From: Phycisphaeraceae bacterium
Lineage (GTDB): Bacteria; Planctomycetota; Phycisphaerae; Phycisphaerales; Phycisphaeraceae
DNA length: 64,000 bases
Assembly: GCA_963674705.1 (NCBI GenBank)
Contig: OY771506.1
Coordinates: 3,840,001 to 3,904,000, forward strand
Direction of reading: 5' to 3'
This document shows, in pieces, positions 10,639-19,764 of the stretch. The stretch's first letter is position 1. Each line of letters opens with the position of its first letter. The notes beneath the pieces were generated by a model, which made no database searches, had not been told where the DNA came from, and worked only from the letters and a program-made list of their open reading frames with translations. A program made the translations under genes and the position numbers.

Positions 10639-11004
10639 GTGTCCGCTATGGACAAATTCATCCCTTTTACTTCAGAGCAAAGACGTTCGCCTCGACTGAA
10701 GAATAAACACGCAACGACTCACTTCGGTGAGGTGTTTGATCTGTCCGCCGACGGTATGAAGGTTTTCCGCAAGAGTTCGCAAACGATTGAATTGGGGGAT
10801 GAGGTCACGGTCGAACTGCAATGCGAAACGTTCTCGGTCGAGTTGAAGATCCGTGTCGCTCGGCGCGAATGCGTCGGCTATCACCGGCACGTGTATGGCT
10901 GCGAGTTCATCGAGATCGATGAGGAGCTGCGCGAGAAGGTGGGTCGGCTGGTCGAGGCGGCCTGCGAACCGTGCGCGACGGCGTCGTGCTGGATCGCCGC
11001 GTGA
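10639..11004 (+). CDS. PilZ domain protein (c-di-GMP receptor)
   Basis: RRSPR (RxxxR) and DLSADG (DxSxxG) motifs. Confidence 0.85.
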   Translation: MSAMDKFIPFTSEQRRSPRLKNKHATTHFGEVFDLSADGMKVFRKSSQTIELGDEVTVELQCETFSVELKIRVARRECVGYHRHVYGCEFIEIDEELREKVGRLVEAACEPCATASCWIAA

Positions 11005-11039
11005 CCAGACAGACCATCTGAAAGAGTTTGTTTAATTGT

Positions 11040-11072
11040 GCGCTCAGGCACGTAAGTGCTGTGTCTGAGCGC
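11040..11072. terminator. Hairpin between convergent PilZ gene and cimA
   Basis: gcgctcaggcac...gtgtctgagcgc inverted repeat followed by aattttt. Confidence 0.5.
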
Positions 11073-11129
11073 CAATTTTTCCGCGATCGTGCGCGCGCCA
11101 GCCGATCACGACAGGCTTGTGCGCCCGAA

Positions 11130-12761
11130 TCATTGTGGATAACTGCTGGTCTCGACCAGGTGGTATCGGAACGCATCGGCGATCGCTTCCCAACTCGCAT
11201 CGACGATATTTTCGTTGACGCCGATGGTCGTGATGTAGCTCAAAACGTTCGACGGATCGCCGTTCTCGCGGACCGCAAACTCTGCGATGACACGGACTTT
11301 CGCCGCGCTCTCTGCAGTGGGGTTGACGACGCGCACCTTGTAGTCGACAAGGTGGATGTTCTTGATCTGCGGGTAGTGATCCGACAGGCTTTTGCGCAAA
11401 GCGCCGTCAAGGGCGTTGACGGGGCCGTCGCCTTCTGCTACGCGGTGTTCGATCTTCCCGTTGAGGTTCAACTTCACCGTCGCTTCGGTCGTCGAACTCT
11501 CGCCGCCGCGCTTGAGGATGACACATCGGTAATGATCGAGGTCCCAGAACTTCGGCAGCTTGCCCATCGTGTCGTATAGCAACAACTCGAAACTCGATTG
11601 CGCCGCCTCGAAGTAGTAACCCTGATGTTCGAGGTCCTGCACGCGCTCGAGGACTTTTCGCTGCAGCGCCTTGTCATTCTGGATGGAGAACTTCTCGCCG
11701 AGCGTGGCGGAGATATTGCTTGCGCCGGACAGTTCGGAAACCAGCACGCGGCGCTCGTTGCCGACTAAAGAAGGCTCAACATGTTCATAGCTGTAAGCGA
11801 TGCGCTGTACAGCATGCACGTGCATACCGCCCTTGTGTGCGAACGCGCTCTTGCCTACGTAGGGTTGCCCTTGATTGAACGGCAGGTTTGCGCGTTCGTA
11901 GACAGCGCGGGACAGTTTGGTCAGGCCGTCGAGGTTGCCGCCGGTCAGGCAGTCGTAGCCCATCTTCAGTCGCAGGTTCGCTATCACCGTGGTCAGGTCG
12001 ACGTTGCCGCAGCGTTCGCCGATCCCGTTGATCGTGCCTTGTACCTGCACCGCGCCGGCTTCGACCGCGGCAAGACTGTTGGCGACGGCGAGACCCGAGT
12101 CGTTATGCGTATGGATGGCGAGGAGGCCTGAGGCTTGAGGGATGAGGCTTGAGACTTCGTTGACTACGTGGGTGACCCAACCGGGTAGCGAGCCGCCGTT
12201 GGTATCGCATAGGACTAAGCGTGTCGCGCCGCCTTCGAGCGCGGCCTTGAGTGTTTCAAGTGCGTATTCTTTATTGGCGCGGTAGCCGTCGAAAAAGTGT
12301 TCGGCATCATAGAACACCTGCTCGCACTTCTCGCCGGTCTTGCAGAACGCAAGCGACTCGCGGATCATCGCGAGGTTCTCTTCCCGGCTGATGCGCAGCA
12401 CTTCATCGACATGTAAATCCCATGTTTTGCCGACGATCGTGATGACCGGTGCTCCGCTATTGACCAGCGCCTTCATGCCATCATCGTCAGCCGGGTCGAT
12501 GTTCTTGCGGCGGGTCATGCCAAAGGCGCAGACCTTGGTGTGCTTCAGATCGAGTTGCTGCACCTGCTCGAAGTAAGCAACGTCCTTCGGATTCGACAGC
12601 GGGTATCCGCCTTCGACAAAGTCGACGCCGATCCTGTCGAGCAGTTGCGTGATCTTGAGCTTGTCGACGAGGCTGAGGTTCACACCCTCGCCCTGCGTGC
12701 CGTCGCGCAGGGTGGTGTCGTATATTTCGACGCGTCGTTTGGTGGCTTGTGGGGCGTTCAT
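11130..12761 (-). CDS. cimA: Citramalate synthase (LeuA/CimA family)
   Basis: DTTLRDGTQGEG, EGGYPLSNPKD, YDAEHFFDG, HTHND, GERCGN, AFAHKGGMH, C-terminal regulatory domain. The upstream Ile-codon leader supports a role in isoleucine synthesis. Confidence 0.9.
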   Translation of the reverse strand: MNAPQATKRRVEIYDTTLRDGTQGEGVNLSLVDKLKITQLLDRIGVDFVEGGYPLSNPKDVAYFEQVQQLDLKHTKVCAFGMTRRKNIDPADDDGMKALVNSGAPVITIVGKTWDLHVDEVLRISREENLAMIRESLAFCKTGEKCEQVFYDAEHFFDGYRANKEYALETLKAALEGGATRLVLCDTNGGSLPGWVTHVVNEVSSLIPQASGLLAIHTHNDSGLAVANSLAAVEAGAVQVQGTINGIGERCGNVDLTTVIANLRLKMGYDCLTGGNLDGLTKLSRAVYERANLPFNQGQPYVGKSAFAHKGGMHVHAVQRIAYSYEHVEPSLVGNERRVLVSELSGASNISATLGEKFSIQNDKALQRKVLERVQDLEHQGYYFEAAQSSFELLLYDTMGKLPKFWDLDHYRCVILKRGGESSTTEATVKLNLNGKIEHRVAEGDGPVNALDGALRKSLSDHYPQIKNIHLVDYKVRVVNPTAESAAKVRVIAEFAVRENGDPSNVLSYITTIGVNENIVDASWEAIADAFRYHLVETSSYPQ

Positions 12762-12790
12762 TTTATGCTCGATTCCGGGAAGCGGGGTTT

Positions 12791-13092
12791 ACCGCGAAGG
12801 CGCGAAGAGCGCGAAGTTGTTTTGGGGTTTGTAGTCCGTTGTATTTATTACCTTACTGATTCATTGTCTGTTGAGATCGTCATTAAGCTCTCCCCCTCTC
12901 CCCTTGGGAGAGGGCCGGGGTGAGGGCTACTCAAATAGACTTAGTTCCTTACCAACCGGTCGTCTAATCCTTCCGGCCCTCATCCTTGCCTTCTCCCGAG
13001 GGGAGAAGGGATGAAGTTAATGGCATCTGTCACGTCATCGTTTATTGCTCGCTTCTTGTTCGTCTCTTTTCTTTCTTCGTGTCTTCGCGGTT
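12791..13092. repeat. Nested inverted repeats in the cimA leader: outer ACCGCGAAG..CGAAG arms, inner family A REP pair
   Basis: accgcgaaggcgcgaag (12791) is the imperfect reverse complement of cttcgtgtcttcgcggt (about 13075-13091); REP arms at 12894-12926 and 12977-13010 are inverted. Confidence 0.7.
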
Positions 13093-13104
13093 CAAAGTCT
13101 TTCT

Positions 13105-13133
13105 AAAACAAAAAACCCCGCCGGTGGCAGGGT
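13105..13133 (-). terminator. Intrinsic terminator (attenuator) of the cimA leader
   Basis: Minus strand ACCCTGCC-ACC-GGCGGGGT followed by TTTTTGTTTT. Confidence 0.85.
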
Positions 13134-13165
13134 CTGGTGTCTTGAAGGATTCAGTTACAGCAGCC

Positions 13166-13219
13166 CTACCGTGGTGAGGTTTTAATAATCTCAATAATAA
13201 TAGCGGCGGCTTCGTTCAT
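13166..13219 (-). CDS. Ile-rich leader peptide of cimA (MNEAAAIIIEIIKTSPR, 17 aa)
   Basis: ATG at 13219 to TAG at 13166, five ATT codons, directly upstream of an antiterminator/terminator. Confidence 0.85.
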   Translation of the reverse strand: MNEAAAIIIEIIKTSPR

Positions 13220-13229
13220 TGTGCTAAAG

Positions 13230-13257
13230 AGTATATCGTCTAGTGGTGGGATGGCAA
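13230..13257 (-). promoter_or_regulatory. Sigma70-type promoter for the cimA leader
   Basis: Minus strand TTGCCA-N16-TATACT, ending 10 nt before the leader ATG. Confidence 0.6.
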
Positions 13258-13425
13258 ATGAAAAACGGTGGGCACAACTCCAGATCCCACACAGGAGGTG
13301 GATGTTAACTGCCGGGTAGCTTCCGGGGACGTTCCGGGTCGCTAAGCCGCAAGCGGCCGGGGGATGGGAAAATGGGGCAGGATGGGTCTATAATCCTCTC
13401 CTAATCTATTTTAGGGCTACAGGAC

Positions 13426-14580
13426 ATGACCACGATGACCCAATCTGCCGTTGTCAACAGCGACCCGATCGATCCGCATCCATGGGCTCGACGTCTGGGG
13501 ATTCTGCTGACGGTGGCGACGTTCCTGCTGATCGGGACGGGTGGGCTGGTGACCAGTTACAACGCGGGGCTGGCGGTGCCGGACTGGCCGGGCAGCTTCG
13601 GGAACTGGATCTTCCTGCCTGCCAAGATCTGGTCGGACCTGGCGGTCATGCTCGAACACAACCATCGGCTGACCGGGCAGGTCGCGGGGCTGATCTGCAT
13701 CGCGACGGTCATCCTGACGATCCGTGCGTATGGCGTGTGGAGCAGGGTCTCCATCCTCGCCTGGCTGGTGCTTGCGGCATACATCTATCAAGGCATCATG
13801 GGCGGGCTGCGCGTTGTCGACAAGTCGGTCCCGTTTGCGGTGATCCACGGCATTCAAGGTCAGCTATTGTTCGCATTGGTCGTCGTGCTTGCCGGTTCGT
13901 TGGGCAAATGGCCCGGTCGGATCAAGGCGGCGCTGGCGGATTATCATGGCAAGAAGAAGCCGATCAGTATGGGCATCTACGTGTTAGCCTGGACGTTCTT
14001 TATCCTTCTGATCGTGCAGCTTTCGGTCGGTGCGGTCATCCGACACACGAACTCGGCTTCAGCGATCCCCGATGCCCCGGCTGTGTATGGCGGTTTTGTG
14101 CCGCCGGTGAAGCAGGATGTGATCGACAAGAAGTTCTACGAATTGGGCGGCGACAAGTTTATGGTTTATGAAAAAGAACCTGCGCTCACGATGGACGCGG
14201 CGACGTCGGATACGACGCCGGACGTACTGGAGCACACCAAGCGCGTGCCCGCGACGCCGCCGAGTGTCGGGCTGGTGCATAACCAGTACCTGCATCGGTT
14301 CCTGGGGATGATTGTGCTGCCGATCGTGGGGATGGGGCTGATCCACTTGCTGATCAAGACCTACGAGACGGTGCCGGGCCTGCGGGTGCCGGTGCTGGTG
14401 ACGTCGATCTTGTTCGTGCTTCAAATATTGCTGGGGCTGAGCGTGATCTGGTCGAAGGAGAGCCCGCACGTGGCAAGTTCTCACCAGGCAATTGGCGCAG
14501 GATTGCTCGGACTGGCGACGTTGATACTGTTGCGGCTACACTGGGCGCGTAGATTCTCACCAGCGGCGGAAACCAAGTGA
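13426..14580 (+). CDS. ctaA: Heme A synthase (COX15/CtaA)
   Basis: GGLVTSYNAGLAVPDWP, EHNHR, IHG, LHR, HQ histidine pattern; multi-pass membrane protein; overlaps ctaB start. Confidence 0.85.
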   Translation: MTTMTQSAVVNSDPIDPHPWARRLGILLTVATFLLIGTGGLVTSYNAGLAVPDWPGSFGNWIFLPAKIWSDLAVMLEHNHRLTGQVAGLICIATVILTIRAYGVWSRVSILAWLVLAAYIYQGIMGGLRVVDKSVPFAVIHGIQGQLLFALVVVLAGSLGKWPGRIKAALADYHGKKKPISMGIYVLAWTFFILLIVQLSVGAVIRHTNSASAIPDAPAVYGGFVPPVKQDVIDKKFYELGGDKFMVYEKEPALTMDAATSDTTPDVLEHTKRVPATPPSVGLVHNQYLHRFLGMIVLPIVGMGLIHLLIKTYETVPGLRVPVLVTSILFVLQILLGLSVIWSKESPHVASSHQAIGAGLLGLATLILLRLHWARRFSPAAETK

Positions 14581-15524
14581 ATCAGACGCAAACCATGCCC
14601 GAAACCCCTGTTGCTGCGCCCAGTTGCGATGCGGTGAAAACGCCTGGCGAACCGGCTAAAACGCCGTCGCTTATCAGCAGCTTCATCACGTTATCCAAGC
14701 TGCGGATCACGATGATGGTCGTGGTCACGGTGTGGGTGGGGTTCCACTTCGGGGCGGCCAGGACGGATTGGCACTGGTTAACGCTGGCGGCGGCGCTGAT
14801 CGGGTCTGCGATGTCGTGCATCGGAGCGGGGGTGTTTAACCAGGTATACGAGCGTGACACGGACGCGTTGATGGACCGGACGAAGGATCGGCCGATGCCG
14901 ACGGGGCGCATCTCCGTGCCGGCTGCTTTGACATATGGATTTTTCATGTGTGCGGCCGGCGTACTGACGCTGGGCTTTTTAACGACGTGGCTGGCGGCGC
15001 TGGTTTCACTTGCGACGATTGTCAGTTACGCGGTGCTGTACACGCCGATGAAACGGACGACGCACCTGGCGACGATCGTCGGGGCCGGGCCCGGGGCGCT
15101 GCCGCCGGTGCTTGGTTATGCGGCGGCGAGCGGGTCGATCGGGATCGAGATCGTGCTGATCTTTGCGATCATGTTCGTCTGGCAGATCCCGCACACGCTG
15201 GCGATCTACTGGCTGTACAAGGAAGACTTCAAGCGAGCGGGTTTCCCGATGCTGCCGGTGATCGACCCGAGCGGGGCGTACACGTTCAGGCAGATGCTGA
15301 TCGGGTCGCTATTGCTGTTGCCGCTAGGTCTGACGCCGACGCTGTTTGGTGTCAGTGGGTTGATCTACTTCGTCACCGCGTTTGCGTGCGGGCTGCTGAT
15401 GCTGAGTTTCTCGCTGTGGCTTGCTGCCGAACCGAACCGAGGCCGGGCGCGGTCGCTGTTTTTTGCGTCGCTTGTGTATCTGCCGGTGGTACTGGTGGTG
15501 ATGCTGGTGGATCGGGTGGGGTAA
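14577..15524 (+). CDS. ctaB: Protoheme IX farnesyltransferase (heme O synthase)
   Basis: NQVYERDTDALMDRTKDRPMPTG, YTPMKR, GALPP, WQIPH motifs. Confidence 0.93.
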   Translation: MNQTQTMPETPVAAPSCDAVKTPGEPAKTPSLISSFITLSKLRITMMVVVTVWVGFHFGAARTDWHWLTLAAALIGSAMSCIGAGVFNQVYERDTDALMDRTKDRPMPTGRISVPAALTYGFFMCAAGVLTLGFLTTWLAALVSLATIVSYAVLYTPMKRTTHLATIVGAGPGALPPVLGYAAASGSIGIEIVLIFAIMFVWQIPHTLAIYWLYKEDFKRAGFPMLPVIDPSGAYTFRQMLIGSLLLLPLGLTPTLFGVSGLIYFVTAFACGLLMLSFSLWLAAEPNRGRARSLFFASLVYLPVVLVVMLVDRVG

Positions 15525-15653
15525 TGACGAAGTTCGAATGCACGAATGACGAATCAATGTTCAAATGACAAATGTCTAATTGTGAAGGTTTTGACATTAG
15601 TCATTGGGCATTCGACATTCTTTCGTCATTCGTGCATTCGAACTTCGTGCATT
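15523..15653. repeat. About 130-bp palindromic element built of GAATGAC-like heptamers
   Basis: Perfect 27-bp inverted repeat at 15527-15553 and 15622-15648, with imperfect inner arms. Confidence 0.8.
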
Positions 15654-15701
15654 ATATGCTACCTACTTCGAACGATTAATTTGAACTAAAGTAGTAAGTT
15701 T

Positions 15702-17294
15702 ATGAGTGTGGATACACGGAAAACCATCCCCGGCCTGACCGTCTTTCTGGAGACGTTTGGGTGTCAGATGAATGTGCTGGATAGTCAGCTCGTGGTGGGG
15801 CAGTTGCGCGGGCTTGGTTACAAGTTCATCGATGACTGGAAACGGGCGGATGTGGTCTTGTATAACACGTGCTCGGTGCGTGAGCGGGCGGAGCAGAAGG
15901 TTTGGAGCCGGGTGGGTGAGGTTGGGGTGCATAAGCAGCAGCGGCCGGAGGTGTTGCTGGGCGTGATCGGGTGCATGGCTGAGCGGGACGGCAAGGATAC
16001 GATCCGCAAGTATCCGCAGGTCGATCTGATCTGTGGGCCGGGCGAACTGGATAAGCTGCCGATGCTGATCGACAACGCGGTGAAGACATCGCTGGAAAAC
16101 CGCGGTGGATTGCGTGCGGCGCAGGTTGCTTTACAAGGCGATACGCATCGGCGCAGCTCCACGCTGGCGGCGGCGGAAGACAAGCTTGAGATGCTGGACC
16201 TTGCGCGCAGTTTCTCGCCGGATGATCACGAAGGGTCTGCGTATGTGCGGATTACGCGCGGGTGCAACAAGTTCTGCACGTATTGTGTCGTGCCGAGGAC
16301 GCGCGGCGCGGAGGTGCATCGGCCGCCGGACCATATTGTTGATGAGTGTAAACGGCTGGTTGATTCGGGTGTGAAAGAGATCACGTTGCTTGGGCAGACG
16401 GTGAACCATTATCACTACGATTCGAGCGCAGCGGTTGAACTGCACGGTCATCTTCAGCCGCAGATCGGATCGGTGATCGGGCCGAACCGTGGGACGGGCG
16501 GGCCCAGCCCGACATTCGGCGATGGGGTAACGAGTTTCGCGAAGCTGCTTAAGCGCATCTGTGACGAGGTGCCGGGGCTTTTGCGGCTGCGGTTTGTGAC
16601 GAGTTTTCCGCGTGATTTTGGTAATGACATTCTGCAGGTGATGAAAGATGAGCCGAGGATATGCCGGTACCTGCATCTGCCTGTGCAATCGGGTTCGGAC
16701 CGGATGCTGAAGATGATGAACCGGGGGTACACGGTCGAACAGTACATGGACCTGGTACAGCGTGTGCGTGAGTATCTACCGGACGCGGAGCTTGCGACGG
16801 ACATCATCTGCGGATTCCCGACGGAGACGCAAGAGGATCATCAGGCGACGATGGATTTGTTGCGCAGGGGTGGGTTCAAGAATTCGTTCATCTTCAAGTA
16901 TTCGCCGAGGCCCGGGACGGCGGCGTATGACCGGTTACCTGATGATGTTCCGGATAAGGAAAAGAAACGGCGGAACAACGAGCTGCTCGCGGTGCAGAGC
17001 GAGGTGAGTAGCGCGGTGCATGATAAGTACGTCGGTCAGACGGTGAAGCTGTTTGTCGAGTCGGTCAGTGCGCGGGAGAAGAAGGCGGTCGGCGCGGGGG
17101 GTGTTGAGCTTGGTTGGGAGAAGCCGACGGAAGTGACGCAACTGGTCGGGCGGACGGGCGGGGATATTATCGTCGTGTTCGATGGGGATGCGTCGCTGAT
17201 CGGGCAGATCGTGGAGGTGAAGATTCAGAGGGCGGCGCCTTTGACGTTGTTTGGGGAGGTGGTGGGGGAGGAGTCGGTCAGGTTAGGAGGATAA
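15702..17294 (+). CDS. miaB: tRNA-2-methylthio-N6-dimethylallyladenosine synthase
   Basis: ETFGCQMN, NTCSVRERAE, GCMAER, radical SAM CNKFCTYC, YSPRPGT, TRAM domain. Confidence 0.93.
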   Translation: MSVDTRKTIPGLTVFLETFGCQMNVLDSQLVVGQLRGLGYKFIDDWKRADVVLYNTCSVRERAEQKVWSRVGEVGVHKQQRPEVLLGVIGCMAERDGKDTIRKYPQVDLICGPGELDKLPMLIDNAVKTSLENRGGLRAAQVALQGDTHRRSSTLAAAEDKLEMLDLARSFSPDDHEGSAYVRITRGCNKFCTYCVVPRTRGAEVHRPPDHIVDECKRLVDSGVKEITLLGQTVNHYHYDSSAAVELHGHLQPQIGSVIGPNRGTGGPSPTFGDGVTSFAKLLKRICDEVPGLLRLRFVTSFPRDFGNDILQVMKDEPRICRYLHLPVQSGSDRMLKMMNRGYTVEQYMDLVQRVREYLPDAELATDIICGFPTETQEDHQATMDLLRRGGFKNSFIFKYSPRPGTAAYDRLPDDVPDKEKKRRNNELLAVQSEVSSAVHDKYVGQTVKLFVESVSAREKKAVGAGGVELGWEKPTEVTQLVGRTGGDIIVVFDGDASLIGQIVEVKIQRAAPLTLFGEVVGEESVRLGG

Positions 17295-17342
17295 GATCCG
17301 GGGGGGCCGGGGGGAACCGGTCGCTGAAGCGACCTCGCCGGG

Positions 17343-18482
17343 GTGTGTTTGTATGATGGGGGGATGAAGTACTTAATTATTGATGGGCATCTTGATGCGG
17401 CGGCGAATGCGCTGGGGGATGAGCGGGACCAGATGCTGCCGATCAGCGCGATCCGTGAGCGCGAGAAGTTTGTGCCGAAGTATCAACTGGGCACGTGCAC
17501 CACTTCGTTTGCCGAGATGAAAAGGTGTCGGATACCTTTATGCTTGACGACGGTGCTGGCGAGGGCGAAGCCTTGGATACCGCGTGAAAGATCGTGCCAG
17601 GGGGTTGACTGGGACTGGCCTACACAGGACATGGCGTATGCCTCGGCGATGGGGCAGTTGGCGTATTACCGCGAACTGGAACGGCGGGGGGATGTAGTCA
17701 TCATTGAAGATCGCAAGACGCTGGATACGTTCTGGGCGCGTTGGGAAGCGGGCGATGAAGATGTGCCGGTCGGTTTGATCCTGACGATGGAGGGCGCGGA
17801 CCCGATCACGGAGCCGCAGCGTTTGCATCACTGGTACGAATTAGGTTTGCGGTCGGTCTTTTTGGCGCATTACGGTCATAGTCATTATGCGTGCGGCACG
17901 CCGGCGATCGATCAACCGGAGAGTCACGAGCAGGACGGGCCTGTGACGGAGAAGGGGTATGCGTTACTGAAAGAGATGTCGAAGATCAGCATGCCGCTGG
18001 ACATGACGCATCTATCGGATATCAGTTTCTGGGATGCGGCGAAGGTTTACGATGGGCCGGTGTATTCGAGTCATACGAATTGTCGCGTGTTGGCGGACGA
18101 CCCGAGGCAGTTTGCGGATGAACAGATTAAATTCCTGATCGAGCGCGACGGCGTGCTGGGTTTGTCGGCGCACTTTGCGATGATCAAAGGCGGATTCACT
18201 GGCGAGGCATGCCGATGCGATCCATTGACCGTGACAATGGAAGACATGGCTAACCACATCGATCACATCTGCCAGTTGGCGGGCTCGTCGAAGCACGTTT
18301 GTATCGGCAGCGACCTGGACGGGGGGTTCGGCTCTGAGCGGTGTCCGGTAGGTCTGGATAGCTGCGAGGACCTTCATAAACTCGGTCCTATCATGGAGCA
18401 ACGCGGATATTCGGAGGCGGATATTGCCGGGTTCTTTCATGGGAACTGGCTGCGATATTTAAGGCGTGTTTTGCCTGAATAG
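17343..18482 (+). CDS. Membrane/renal dipeptidase family (M19) protein (start probably ATG 17364)
   Basis: IIDGHLD, MEGAD, DMTHLS, SHTN, HIDHI, IGSDLDG. Confidence 0.88.
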   Translation: MCLYDGGMKYLIIDGHLDAAANALGDERDQMLPISAIREREKFVPKYQLGTCTTSFAEMKRCRIPLCLTTVLARAKPWIPRERSCQGVDWDWPTQDMAYASAMGQLAYYRELERRGDVVIIEDRKTLDTFWARWEAGDEDVPVGLILTMEGADPITEPQRLHHWYELGLRSVFLAHYGHSHYACGTPAIDQPESHEQDGPVTEKGYALLKEMSKISMPLDMTHLSDISFWDAAKVYDGPVYSSHTNCRVLADDPRQFADEQIKFLIERDGVLGLSAHFAMIKGGFTGEACRCDPLTVTMEDMANHIDHICQLAGSSKHVCIGSDLDGGFGSERCPVGLDSCEDLHKLGPIMEQRGYSEADIAGFFHGNWLRYLRRVLPE

Positions 18483-18593
18483 TGTGTTTTTCCGCAGGCG
18501 TTCCTGTAAACAACCGATAAATCAGATAGCCATCAAACCCCGGGGCGGTGGTTGGTTTAAGTGTGAAGTCAGGGCAAGATCAGGGGTATAGGA

Positions 18594-19664
18594 ATGATTG
18601 AGAGGCTATTCACACAGTGCATGATCCGGCCGGAAGATATCACGCCGTCGGATGAGACGATGCGCGTGGTCGGCGTGTTGAATCCGGGCGCTGCGCCGTT
18701 CGGCGACGGGACGGTGTTGCTGGTGCGTGTGGTGGAGGAACCGGTCGAGAAGCGCGAAGGGTACATCGCTTCGCCACGCGTCGAACCCAGCTACGGGATG
18801 GTGATCGACTGGCTGGATGACAGTGAATACAACACGGACGATCCGAGGCTGGTCACGCATAAGCAGACGGGCGAGCTTCGGCTGAGGTTTATCTCGTATC
18901 TGAAAGTGGTGTACAGCGCGGACGGGCGGATGACGGATGGATTCAACGGTCCGATCGTTTGGCCACAGGGGCCTTACGAAATCTACGGCATTGAGGACCC
19001 GCGCATCACGTTGATCGGCAGCACGTATTACATCACGTATGTTGCGGTTTCGCCCTGGGGGATTTGCACGTCGATGCTATCGACGGTGGACTTCCATTCG
19101 TTCCGCAGGCACGGGGTGATCTTCTGCCCGGATAACAAAGACGTTGTGCTGTTCCCGAACAAGGTGATGGGTGACTACATCGCGCTGCATCGGCCGCAGG
19201 GTTCTGCGAAGTTCAGCCCGCCGGAGATCTGGTTGGCGAGGAGCCCGGACCTGATCCATTGGGGGACGCACTCACGATTGCTGGGCGCGGAAGCGGGGAC
19301 CATGCAGGACCGCATCGGCGGGGGGACGCCACCGATCCGCACGCGCGAGGGCTGGCTGTCGATCTATCACCGCAGTGAAAAGGCAAAACAGGAAGACGCG
19401 GTCGGCGCGTATTCAGGCTATACGTTGCTGCTTGATCTGGACAACCCGACGCGTGTGCTGGGCCAGTCGCATGCGGCGGTAATGTCAGCCGAAGAACCGT
19501 TTGAGAAAAGCGGGTACGTCGACAACGTCGTCTTCCCGACGGGGATTGTCGATATGAACGATCACGTGCTGGTTTACTATGGCGCGGCCGATGAATGCGT
19601 GGGCGTGACGGCGTTCAGCCGTGAGGCGCTGGTGGATTCGGTGAGTCTCGGCGCGGCATGGTGA
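18594..19664 (+). CDS. Glycoside hydrolase family 130 protein (mannoside phosphorylase-like)
   Basis: LNPGA, YGIEDPRIT, NKDVVLFP, IGGGTPP, NVVFPTG, YYGAAD. Confidence 0.88.
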   Translation: MIERLFTQCMIRPEDITPSDETMRVVGVLNPGAAPFGDGTVLLVRVVEEPVEKREGYIASPRVEPSYGMVIDWLDDSEYNTDDPRLVTHKQTGELRLRFISYLKVVYSADGRMTDGFNGPIVWPQGPYEIYGIEDPRITLIGSTYYITYVAVSPWGICTSMLSTVDFHSFRRHGVIFCPDNKDVVLFPNKVMGDYIALHRPQGSAKFSPPEIWLARSPDLIHWGTHSRLLGAEAGTMQDRIGGGTPPIRTREGWLSIYHRSEKAKQEDAVGAYSGYTLLLDLDNPTRVLGQSHAAVMSAEEPFEKSGYVDNVVFPTGIVDMNDHVLVYYGAADECVGVTAFSREALVDSVSLGAAW

Positions 19665-19706
19665 CAGTTGGCACTGCTTGATTAGCAGATCATACAAGCA
19701 ATCCGG

Positions 19707-19740
19707 CCCTCACCCTAACCCTCTGCCGAGGGCAGAGGGG
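19707..19740. repeat. REP-like palindrome, family A, between convergent genes
   Basis: ccctcaccctaaccctctgccgagggcagagggg. Confidence 0.7.
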
Positions 19741-19764
19741 ACCGCAGTAAATTCCTATCATCTA

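Noticed and set aside
16400..16540. Extra segment in MiaB as an intein
   Set aside because: Only about 35 aa and lacks the C/S...HN splice motifs; likely a loop insertion.
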